64,000 bases of DNA from Cyanophora paradoxa CCMP329 (lineage: Eukaryota; Plantae; Glaucophyta). Under the pieces are notes generated by a model. It did no database searches. It had not been told where the DNA came from and saw only the letters and a list, made by a program, of their open reading frames with translations. This document shows positions 34,890 through 49,320 of the stretch, piece after piece (the first letter of the stretch is position 1; every line of letters starts with the position of its first letter). The stretch is taken from contig QPMI01000559.1 of NCBI GenBank assembly GCA_004431415.1, positions 1-64,000 on the forward strand, read 5' to 3'. Position numbers and translations under genes: made by a program.

Positions 34890-37800
34890 ACCCCCACCCA
34901 CCCCTCCCGCCCCCGCCCCCGCCCCGCCCCCCCGCTTTCCCCCCCTCTCCCCCCTCCCTCCCCCCCCCCCCCCCCTCCTCCCCCCGCCCCTCCTCCCCCC
35001 GCTATCGCTGCCCCGCTTCGCGGCGCGTCCTCAGGCAGCGGCGCAGGAGAACCGGTGGCGGCTGCTGACCGTCGTACGCGTCATCGAGCGGCAGGTCCGC
35101 CCCCCGCGCCCCGCCGCGGCCGCGCCGGCGTTGGCTGACGCGGCGGCGCTCAGGAGCGCATCGACAGGCAGCTTGCGGAAGCGGGTTCGAGCTGTTCCCC
35201 GCGCCGGCAGCCGCCCCGCCGACTGTCCTCGCAGCAAAGGCGCAGGGCGCACCCCCCGCGCAGGCCCCGAAGGACTACAAGGGGCAGTGCTACAGGCACA
35301 TGCAGCTGGTGCGGGCCAGGAGGGATGGGGCGGGGCGGGGCGGGGCGGGGCGGCCTGAGGCGGGCGCAGGCGGTGATGAAGAGCTTCGAGATGGTGGCGA
35401 ACATGACGGACGGTGCGCGGGGGGCGGGGTGCGGGGCGGGGCGGGGCGGCCAGCGTGACGGGGGGCAGAGGAGGACGTCGCCAGCATCCTCGAGGGTGTT
35501 GACCGCATCGTCGAGGCCCGCCGCCCCCGCCGCCCCACCGCCCCGCGGCTCTCGGGTGGGGGGCCCTCACCGGCCGATAGGAGGTGGAGACGGTGGCGGA
35601 CCTCGTCGTCCCCTGCTTCCCCGAGGAGTCTGCCCCGCCCCGCCCCGCCCCGCTCGGGCGGCGGCGATGGGCGGCGCAGGTACGAGCTCCTCAAGTTCCA
35701 CGCGCAGAACGTCCACTTTGAGGTCACGGAGCTCTACCAGGCGCGCCCCGCCCGGCCACGCGCCGGCCCGCCCCCGCCCCGCGCGAACCTCCTGCAGCGC
35801 TTCGTGGCGCGCGCCAACGAGGTCCCGCCTTTCTACATCGACCAGCTCGGCGCGCCCCGCCCTGCCCCGCTCGGCGCCGCGACGGGGGCGAGCGGGCGCA
35901 GTGCGGTGGGCGCGCAAGTACCACGAGCGGATGGCGGCGTTGGGCATGGGCGAGGAGGTGCGCCCGCCGCAGCCTGCGCGGGGCGGCGGGCCGGGGCGCG
36001 AGGTGGCGCCAGGTCCTCCTCCCCTCTCTGCTCGACGACGTCCCGCGCCTCCTCGCCGGCTACCTGCACCAGCTCCAGGCCCGCCCGCCCGCCCCGCCCC
36101 GCGCCGCGCCGGCCTCAGCGGCGGGCAGGCGAACCTGGCCCAGTGGGCGAGCAACATCGTCAGCGTGGACTTCGGGGCGAAGCCCGAGGCGGACCCGGAC
36201 GGAGCGTACCGCACGCCGGGGCCCACCGACCTCTTCCGCATGGTCGAGGAGCAGGCGCCCAGCCCGCGCCCCGCCCCGCGCCCCGCGCCGCCCCGCGCCC
36301 CTCACCGCCCTGCAGCTCATGATCGGCAAGGACCAGGGCCTCGAGAACGGGGACGTCAAGGTGGGGGCGGGGCACCGGGGCGCAGCCGGACGGGGCCGAC
36401 GCGCGGCAGTTCTACGTCGGGCTCTGCGCGGAGTGCGTGGCGATCCTCAGCAACGTCGCCCGCGCCGCCGCCGACAAGATCGACGGCGCGCCTGCCAGCC
36501 CCCGCCGCGCCCCGCCGCGCCCCGCCGCGCCCCGCGTGACGGGGCGCAGGGCACTGGGCGGCACTCGCCCCCGAGCTCCTCATGGCGATGGCGAACAACG
36601 CTGACCGCTGCCTGGAGTGCGCGGGGCGAGGCGAGGCGCGGGGCGGGGCGGGGCGGGGCCGACGGGGCGCAGCTACGTGAACGAGCTGCAGGAGCGGGTC
36701 AACGGGAGCATCGCCGAGGCGCGCGAGGCCCTGGAGGAGGCTCGCCACCGCCCCCGACGTCCCGCCCCGCCGCCCCGCCTCACCCCCCAGCAGCTCCCCC
36801 CCGACCTTCCCGCCGAGGTCGACTTCAGCGCCGCCACGGAAGGTGCCGGCCCCGCCCGGCGCGCCCCGCGCGGGGCGAGGCGGCGGCAGGGTTCGTGGGG
36901 ATGGCGGTGGCGGCGACGGAGCGGCTGGTGCGGGGGCGGCGGCGGGGCGGCGGGGCGGGGGGGCGTTGACGGGGCGCAGGGGGACCGCATCTTTCGGGAG
37001 CTGGAGGGGGAGGGGGACCTCTTCGGGCCCCTCTTCGGGCCGGCGTGGTACGAGGGGGAGCCGGTGCGGCGCGTGCTCGCCCCGCTCCGCGACTTCCTCG
37101 ACGAGGCCCGCGGCGGCCTCGTCGAGCGCTTCTTCGCCAAGCTCGTGCGCGGCCCCGCCGGCGCGCCGCGGGGCGGCGGCGGCCTCAGCGGGCGCAGGCG
37201 GTGAAGGTGCTGGACCGGCTGCTGACGCTCTACCTGAGCGCCCTCTACGCCACGCGGGAGCCGCTGCGCGCCTCGGCGACGCCGTACCGCATGGAGAAGG
37301 ACGCCGCCGCCCTCCGCGACTTCTTCCGCGCCTACGCCACCGACCGCGTCCGCCCCCCGCCCGCCGCCGCCGCTGCCGCCGGGGGCCGGGGCGGGGGCGA
37401 GGGCGGGGGCGCAGGCGGTGGACGCGTACCTGCCGGCGCTGCTCCTCACGAAGGAGCTCGTCGAGGGCCTCGACGACCCCGTGCGCCCCGCCCGTCCTCG
37501 AGCCTCTCGCGCCCCTCGAGCCGCCGCGGCGCAGGACATGATCGCCGCCCCCTTCGGCTCCCTCGCCGCCTCTTACCCCGGCGTCCCCATCGAGGCCGTG
37601 CAGGCCCGCCCCGGCGGCCGCGCAGCCCGCGCCCCCGCGCTGCTCCCGACGCCGCCCCGCAGCGGCTCTACGCGCTCCGCCCCGACCTGAAGAAGCAGGC
37701 CTCGGGCGCCCTCGAGGCTTGCTCGCAGGCCCGCCCCGGCCCCGTCCCCCCGGCGCGGCGCCGCGGGGCAGACGCCGCGCAGGTGCTCAGCGGCATGTCC

Positions 37801-38020
37801 GCTTCGAAGAACGCCGAGGCCGCTAGGCTGCCCCCCAACTCGGGTGCCCCTCCCTGACCCGCCCCGCCCGCTGGGCCCTCGTCGGTGCCGGGCGGTTGAC
37901 GTCTGACCGGTCGGGAGGGCGGGGGCAGATTTGTACACGCGGATCCCGTCGCTGCTGGAGCCGCTCGGCAAGGAGAAGAAGAAGAAGGAGAAGAAGAAGG
38001 ACAAGGACAAGGGGCGCTGA
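33950..38020 (+). CDS. SEC6: Exocyst complex component SEC6/EXOC3, many short introns
   Basis: EAKEAAAREVQARLALPDQLAR-VPALIADYQRR..VDSQVS; LWLHIENAVTLAR; LLTVVRVIERQ; YRTPGPTDLFRMVEEQ; LMAMANN..RC. Confidence 0.88.
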
Positions 38021-38187
38021 CCCCTCTTCGCAACGCGTCCCGCCTTACATGGGTCTCCGATACTCCTTATTGTACACTACGCTGGCACGCTGCCTCGTGC
38101 CTCCCTAGTAACTCCCCACACCCCGGCAGCCTGGCAGTGCCGCAGTCCGGAACCTTGGCAGACGCGGCCCGGCGCGGCGGACCGCAG

Positions 38188-39500
38188 TCAGTTGACGAGA
38201 CGAACGTCGCGGACCTGGGGTGGGGTGAGGCGGGGGCGGGGGCGGGGGCGGGTGTGGGAGGCTATCCCGGGGGCTCTACGCGCGCTGTGCGGCGGTGCGG
38301 GGGCTCACGTTGGGGACGTTCTCCTTGAGGATGGCGGCGGTGGGGTCGCGGAAGTCGGCGGGGCCGCTGTACTTGAGGAAGACGTCGAGCCCCGCCACCG
38401 CCTCCACCTGCCCGCGCGTCGGCCCGCCCGCCGCACCTCACCCCACCGGGTGACCCGCGCCGCCGCGGCCCCGCTTGGCGCACCGTGACCGACCCGCCGA
38501 CGTGCGCGAGCGCGGGGCGGAACTTGTCGAGGGCCGCCTCGCACTCCTGCACAGCCCGGCCGGTCGGCGCTCCGCCGCCACGCGCGCCGGTTCGCCCACT
38601 GCCAGGCGCACCTCTATGCTGATTGTCGGCATGGAGAAGGTCTCCTCCTCTGTCAAGCTCTGCACCGCGACCACCTGTCGGCGCCGTGCAGTCAGGCCGC
38701 CGAGTCGCGGGGGAGGGTCGCCGCCGGCTGCGCGGGGGAGGGTCGCCGCCGGCTGCGCGGAGGGGCCGCACCTGCTTGAGGTCTGGGAATGCTGAGCGGA
38801 GGGTCTTCTCTATACCGTTCTTCAACGTCTGCGTGGAGCTCGCGCACATTCCGCACCGCCCTGCCCGCATCGCGGCATGAGCGCCGGCCGCGGCAACGCC
38901 TGGCGGACGGCGAGCAGAGCGCGCACCCTCGAGCTTGAGTGCAACAAAACCGCTTTCGGCGCTCCGCACTGTTACGTTCCCTCCGTCCGCGATCAGCGCG
39001 GGTCGTATCTACTGCACTGTCAGATCCGTGTACCGACGCTACACGTGGGACATTGAACCCACCTGGTCAAGCACACGATCCACGTTTTCGACTGTCAGGG
39101 CGAGCTTCGCGCCGGCAGAGAGAGCAGCGGCCGCCTTGTCGAACACAGCCTGAGTAGCCGCGTCCTGTGCATCGCGTGTCTCGTCGAAATACAGCCAATT
39201 ACGCCGCATACGAATCGCTTGCGACGCCGCGCACCTTTTCGCTGTGGCCGCCGTGCGCGCGTGGGGAAACGAAGACGAAGCTCGCACTGGGTCTCTCCGC
39301 GAAGAACGCGACTGGCGCGCCGAGGAACTGTGAGCGGGACGCAGCGGTGCTGCGATCAAGTTCAGCGTTGCGAGCGGCAGACAGAGCGCGCGCGCTCGCC
39401 TGGGGCTGCGGCGGCTGGTCGGCGCTGCGATGCACGGCGCAGCGGTGCGCGCAGGCCCGGCGACCACCGACGTCGCGAAGGCGCTAGTACTGTTGGTCAT
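38188..39500 (-). CDS. NFU: Plastid NFU (NifU-like) Fe-S carrier with tandem NFU domains
   Basis: Transit peptide MTNSTSAFATS...SQFLG; LALTVENVDRVLDQV; ADGGNV; VALKLEG-ACGMCASSTQTLKNGIEKTL; second degenerate domain ECEAALDKFRPAL. Confidence 0.88.
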
Positions 39501-39635
39501 GGCTCGCCTACTCAGTCACCGCTCCTGGCCTGTGGGTCTTCAGTGATTGTGACGGCTCCGTACCCCTGAGAAAAAAATGCAGGAGGCGCCCTAACTCGCC
39601 CCTGAGCCCATTGATCGATCGTAATAGCGGCTGAA

Positions 39636-40621
39636 ATGCAAGAGGCAGGTGCAACAGAGGCGCCGCCGGCCGTAGGCCTGAGCCCGAAGAAGCTCAAGAC
39701 GCGTCGCGGCGGTAGGAAGCATAAGCGGCGCTCCAGCGGCGGCGCGCCTGCGCAGCAGCCACCACCCAAAAGCGAGTGGGACGAAGACAGCAAGCAGCGG
39801 CGCAGAAAGCGAAAGCGCGCCGCCGCCGAGGACACCTCGGGCGTACCCGCGGCGTTGGCGGGCTCGCGCAGGAGGCTGCCGCGCAACTTGGATCTGCAAG
39901 ACGTCCGCCCAAGCGCCCCACGAAACCTAACTCAGAGCCTCATCGATTCGGTATCGCTCTCAGAGTCCCGAACAGCGCGAGACGAGCCTCACTCCCGCGC
40001 AGCGCGACAGCGGCTCTGAAGATGCCGAGGAGGACGATGTGCCGGGGGACCTCGGATTCGGCTCCATGGCGGACGCGATAGCCCGGGGCTCGAGCTCGGA
40101 AGAAAGCTCAGACGCAAAGTCAGGCCGACGGGACGAACTCGTGCGTGTCGCTCGTCGTTCGAATTCCGCATCGCTCGATTGCTGACGCGCCGTTGACCGC
40201 TTCGTGCATGGCGCAGAGGCGCAAACTGGACGAGCAGGCTGCAGTGCGCTTCGCTCGCTAAAAAGTTTGCACCTCCTCACGAAGCTGCGCTCACGGCGCC
40301 TCCGTGCAGACGATCAGCTCGCTTCGTGAGGAGAACCAGAGGCTTCGTGAGGAGGTGCTGGCATTGCGATCCGGAGGCAGCGGCGAGCAGGCCGGTCGCG
40401 CTTCGGCGGGGACGAGCGATGCCGGTGGCTCGGTCCAAGCCGACGAAGACGACATTGAAGCGCGCGTCCAGGGTCTGGGGCACGTGGGCCGCCGGCGCCG
40501 GCGAAGCAGCGGCAGCGGCGACAAACGAGGGTCGGACAGCGGGCAACCGAGCGGCTTTGCTGGCTCCCTCGTCGCGAGCATGCAGAGCCTTCGGGAGGAG
40601 GTGAACCACGATGACTCGTAG
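39636..40621 (+). CDS. HEXIM-like protein (P-TEFb inhibitor family / plant PRLI-interacting factor A-like)
   Basis: Arg-rich KTRRGGRKHKRR, APRNLTQSLI (cf. HEXIM1 APYNTTQFLM), acidic tract, and a predicted spliced coiled coil ELRRKLDEQAATISSLREENQRLR. Confidence 0.6.
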
Positions 40622-42591
40622 CGCCCTCGCGGCGAGTAGTTTTGATTTAGATGAATTCGGAGAACTCTCGTCTAGTTCTTGTGGAGTGTATTTTCGATTG
40701 AACTTCGGAAGGCGTTCAGGCACGTGTATATATTCGTATCGTAGTACTATGGTAGCGTAGCGCGCCACAGCGCCGCGGCGGCGGGCGCGCGTTCGCGCGC
40801 GCGCCAGCTGATGAGGCCTAGGCCGCGCGCTCAGCCAGAGCCTAGGCTAGGCGGCCGCGGCCGGGCTATCATAGTATCGCTATAGACTACTAGGCTAATA
40901 GCTTGAATTCGAAGGTCATGATCAAAGACGCGCGCGGATCGGATCGAGGCCGGCGCCCCGCGCCGCCGGCACCGCGCGCGGCCGGCGATCCGGCGCGGCT
41001 CGCGGGGGCGGGGCGGGGGCGGCGCGGGCGGCACGGACCTCGCTTCGGCCCGCCGGCGAGGCGGGGCGGGCGCCCGGCGGGGCGGGGAGGGGGCGCGCGA
41101 GCGGCGGCCTCGCTCCGGCCTGCGGGCGGGCGTCGGCGCGGCTCGCGGGGGGCGGGCGGGGGCGGCGAGTGCGCCGCGGACCTCGCTTCGGCCCCGGCGA
41201 GGCGAGGGCCGGCGAGGCGGCGCGGGGCGGGCCCCGGGCGGGGGGCGCGGGGCGGGGCGCGAGCGGCGGCCTCGCTGGGCAGGAGCGGACCGGGCGCGAA
41301 ACGTACTATAGCTACAAGCTACGGTAGATGGAGTGCGGCGCGGCGGCCGCGCGCGGCCGCGGCGCCGGCGCGCACGCGACGTGTCCATTTGGTCTAGTAC
41401 GAGTTAGGGGGCCACTCCAGATGATCAGGATAGTTGAGCATTGGCATCAAACGCACCACCTGGGGATCCGAAGGCGGGGATCAACCGACGAAGGCCTAGG
41501 CGGCGCGCGGACGGCGATTGTGTGGCGCGGCGGCGCGGCCTGTACGTGCGGCAGGATCAGAACTAGCATACTAAGCATGACTAGCATGTTGCGACGGCCA
41601 GCCGTCATCCCTTGCATGCGCAGCTTACCAGCGTGCGGCGACCGGGCAGTCCATGGTGCAGCCGCCGGGCAGTGTTCATGCTAGTTCCAGAACATAACTA
41701 GCACGGCTAACGAGCTCTGCGCCTCCGCTTCCGAACCTCGCCCGTCATCTTTGACGAATTTGCCATCCGCGACTCATCTCGGATCGGGCAGTCCGAGTTG
41801 CGGGTACAGTCGTAGATGAGTCGCCGCGGACTTTTGCTGTGCCGCCGGCACCGCGCGCGGCCGGCGATCCCAAAGCGGGAAGTCGCTGGGAGTACTAGTA
41901 CTGCGCGCGTCTTTGAGCAGCCGGGCAAGCTCGAGCCGCAGGCTTCCCCCGTTGAGCAGCCGGGCAAGCGGCAGCGAATTATATAATTAGGCCGTTGCAA
42001 GGGCAGCGGCAGACTTGCAAGCCGCTCGAGCTCATGCATTTCAGACACGACCAACGACATCTGGACTAGCCATAGCAGCTGTTTGGCTAGCAGTGGGCCG
42101 CCGGTCGAATCGTAAGGGCTCAGACAGATAGGCAAGTGACGTCGAAAATCGAAATCGAATACCGAAGCTCGAGATCGATCCTGGCAGGAGTGCACGCCGT
42201 CCTTCCTGTTGGGACGCCCCTCGCACACCTGCGCCTCGTTAGGCAAAAGGCGACCGCGGTCGATCGAGCGGGCAGATGCGAAAGCAGCCAGGATGGCGTC
42301 GGGCCAGATCGCGCGAGAGCGGGGCGGGGCGAGCGCTAGCATACGTGCGCTAGCGGGGGTCGTGCTCGTTTGTATCGCAGCACGCGCGATTTCGTGCGGC
42401 GCACCGTGTTCATTCCTGGTCGTTCGCGGGAGGCTGGCCGTGCGGGGCGTGAGCGGGGTGAAAGGCGCAGTGCGCGGGGAGACTCACTGTAGCGCTGTTT
42501 TCCGGCGTGGCCGGCGTAGCCTGCTCGCGCAGGGCCCTGCAGCTGTCCGTTCTACGGGCGTGAAGGGGTACCGCAACTGTGAGCTTTGCTT

Positions 42592-42675
42592 TCGTCCAAA
42601 CTTTCGTCCGTCAAACCTCAACTTTCGTCCAAACTTTCGTCCGTCAAACCTCAACTTTCGTCCAAACTTTCGTCG
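42592..42675 (+). repeat. ACTTTCGTCC array (cluster 3) with a higher-order unit including TCAAACCTCA
   Basis: Same units and spacer as 26941-27056. Confidence 0.9.
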
Positions 42676-43118
42676 CAACTGGACATTCGAGCTCATGCAG
42701 CGGCTCAGCGGCTGAGCCCTTGCCTATCAAAGTTGCGAACGAAGTTGCTGGACGTAAGTAGTACCCCCAAGCTACCGCGCCGCCGCTCCGGGTTCCGAGG
42801 CGAGGCTCCACCACGCCCGGCGCTGGAAAAGTAAGCGCGGTCGTACAGCAACGCGCGGACCCTGAAGGGAGTGAACGTACTGAAGGCCGGCAACGACTGA
42901 ACAGCCTTGGTTCTTCTTGAACAGCCTACGTTCAACTTGACGCGGGGTTCTTTGTGCAGCCTTGACGCGGGCTTGAGGATGTTCAAGGCGGTGCGCGCTT
43001 GCACGCCCTGCCGGCTCCACCCGCGCGGCACCCTGCAACATTCCCTTCTCATCCCTCGGATCCTGCAGGTCCGCCGCGAGGAGCACGACAGCCTCGTTTA
43101 TTGCCCGTCTATTTGAGC

Positions 43119-46341
<3,223 letters not shown>

Positions 46342-46668
46342 TAAGTAGTTCCCCCCTTTCGCCCCGGCCCCGAGCCAGACTCGCCTGGTTGGACCAACCC
46401 CTTTAGACCCTCTTTCTCCTCTTGTACTTTACTCTTTGCTCCTTGCAGACCCACCCCTCTCAACGTCGTTTGTTTCAGGCGCAGAGCTCGTGCTCGCTTC
46501 GCACGCATGTAACTGTTCTTACGCCTCTTGCTACTAGGAAATACATGATCGCTGGCGCGACGTGTGGCTTCGACGTCGGCCCAGGCCCGAAGATGCCGAG
46601 GCTGCGCGACAGGGGGCCAAAGCCATGGCTAGGGCGAGCGCAGCCGGGTCGGTCCCGGCGGCCGCGAT

Positions 46669-49009
46669 CTATCTGACGATATCCTCGAGAGCCAGCTCTC
46701 CAATGAAGTGGTTCTCCATGCTCCCGAGAAAGAGGCGACTTCCCGAGCGTATTACGGAGGTTACGGGCCCGGTATGCTGAGGAGAGACTGAGAACTGCTC
46801 TATAAGCTAAGAAGCTATAAGCTGTCTCTATAAGCTAAGATAGGGCAAGAGCACCTGTCCGCTTGGGTCGTGAAGGCTTCTTAGAACGTTGCCGGTGCCT
46901 GTCAGGGGGTCCGCCTCCACTTCGATGATGAGGCCGTACCTCCGCGGTGTCGGGAGGAGGTACTTCGGCAGCTTCGACTGCGCGAGCGTCTCGTGAGGCA
47001 GCGCCATCGACGAGGGGTGGGCGATGGGGCTACTGGCCAGCTGTTTGATGAGAGAAGGGTACCGCCGCAGGGACTCGCCGACCGAGGAGAGCCCGTACAC
47101 GGCAACCTGCCGTGGGGTGGGGTAACGGTCGATTGCGAGGACGCAGGCCGCCGCGCTCGGAGGCGGTGCGAACCCAGAAGCGGCCGTTCGCCGCCCGAGA
47201 GATCCTAGTGATAGATTTGGGGCACGTCACGCTGAAGGCGGGAGGTCGCGGGGGGGCTTTACCCATCGGGATACCCAACTAAATCCTGCATGAACAGGTC
47301 CGTGCGGCCCGCACGCGGCCCCTTCAGCCAGTACCTGCAGGCGACGCTTCAGCAGGCCCGCGGAAGATTCGGCGAGGCTGCCTCGGGGAGGAGGCTGCCT
47401 CGGGGAGGAGCGCACCGGCTGATCCGCCGGGCACATGTCTCAGCGACCAGCACGAACGACTCGTCAGCAGCGAGCGCTGGGGGCGCGAAATCACGACACA
47501 TCAAGGGGCGGCCGCGCGCGTCGAGGACGAACCGACGCCGTTCGCGAAGGCTGCAACGGGTTAGCCGAGTTGGACGCGCAGTCACGAGAGCGACTAGGTG
47601 CCGGAGGGGGCGCACTGAGGTTGGAGACGAGGGTACGCGCTGGAGCCGGCGGGGCGTGAGGGCTTGAAGACGGGGTTGGGATTGGAAGGCGGCACGAGGG
47701 GTGGCGGACCTGCCTTGCGCTGCGGGTCGTAGACGAGGAGGCGGCCGGTCTTGCGACCCTCCATGCAAGCCAGGCGGGACGCCACAAAAGAGTCCGCGAT
47801 GCCCTGCGGTCACGTCGGCCCCGGCGGCCGGGGCGGGCCCCCAGCGGCCGCACGGGCTCGGGGCCGTCCAGCATGTGGAGAGGGCGGAGGTGCTGCGGCG
47901 CACATCGCGGGCAGGCAGGGCGGGACGCGGGGGAAGACTAGAGCACACAGTGGCGTCGGTGAAGAAGATCTGGCCGTCTCGCGCGACGGCGACATCTTCG
48001 GCGAATCTTATTTGCTCTCCATCGGCTGTGGCGTTGCAGAGCACGCTGCTGGCGCCTGTCTTCGGATCCACCGAAAGGAGCCTGCGGGGCGCGGCTCGCG
48101 CGACGCGGCGCGCTATGCGAGAGCACCGCACCCGAACGTGGGCTCCGCAACCACGAGCTTCCCTGAGCGACCACCCATCACCACGGAGCAGGCGGCCGGG
48201 GACGAGCCCCGGCGCGGGCACCCTGCTTGTCGAAGTCGATGCCCTGGGGGCGGCCGCGCAGGCGCGTGATTGTCTCCACGGTGCCGTTCCTTGAGACGAC
48301 GACGACTCGACCGTCCTTCAATCCTGTACGCCACGCCTTCGGATGAGCTTGCGCAGAAGGTCGCCAAGCGGAAGAAGGAAAGAAGGAGCAGGAGGGCGAG
48401 GCCGGGAGGGAGGGCGGGAGGGAGGGAGGGCGGAAGGCGGGAGGGGGGGGGGGGGGGGGGGGGGGCGGAGGGGGGCTTGGCATTGCTGCTGGGCGATGCC
48501 GCAGGAAATTGATTTTAAACGACTACTTCCGCCAGGGTCTAGAGGAGGGGGCGACGGGGACCAGCCTGTCGGCCGTCCCGCCGGCCAAGCGCCGAGGTAC
48601 GCGAGCGATTGCACGCCGAGCCCCCGGCCCTGCACCAGGCTCACCGGTGTAGAAGTCGCCTTTCGGGCTAAGCGCAAGGACCTCCGGGCCGATAAGAGCG
48701 CCTGCGACCGTCGGACACGAACTGCTGGCACACGCGAGGGGGCAGCACGGACAGCAACTGCGAGTGCGCACCGTCTGCTAGCTTGGTAATACCTTGGAGA
48801 TCCCAATTCTTAGCCAGCGCGCCGCGAAGGTAAGAGATTGCGGGGAGGTCGTCTGGGATAGGATCAATCTATTGCACTGTGAGTCTGTTGCGCGCTGGTT
48901 GTGCGACGGAACCGCGCGCGCGGACCGGTGCCTCGGAGAAGTAAAGGTACGCCGAAAGCGCCAGTACAGGAATAAAGACCCAAGAAACCCAGCCGCGCAG
49001 CAAACCCAT
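46669..49009 (-). CDS. Strictosidine synthase-like / APMAP-like beta-propeller protein
   Basis: N-terminal TM anchor; GPE; YTGLKDGRV; GRPQG; IFFTDA; TGRLLVYDP; FANGV; DESFVLVAET; YWLKGP; GYPDG; SLHDPSG. Confidence 0.88.
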
Positions 49010-49320
49010 TCGTTCGACGATGGGCGACGCCTTCGACGGCACTGCCGTGCTGGCCCAGTGGTTCCTGGCGGACAGTGGTGGACCACTGACAGACTGTGGC
49101 AGACTGGCAGACAGTGGCAGACAGTGGCAGTGAGGCGGAGGGTACAACTCTCCCCCGGCCAGCCGCTCGTGGACAAGGCCCTCACTCACTGCCCACGGTC
49201 ACCGAGCTGCGTGAGCTACGTTGGACTGGGAAATCGTCGCGCGAAAGAATCGCAGCTGCCAGCTGCAGCTGCAGCGCCGGCCTTACGGCGATGCAGTTGT
49301 CGCCCGGCCCGCCGTTTAGC

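Noticed and set aside
42705-43116. Short ORFs upstream of DYRK1
   Set aside because: No recognisable homology or clear start context.
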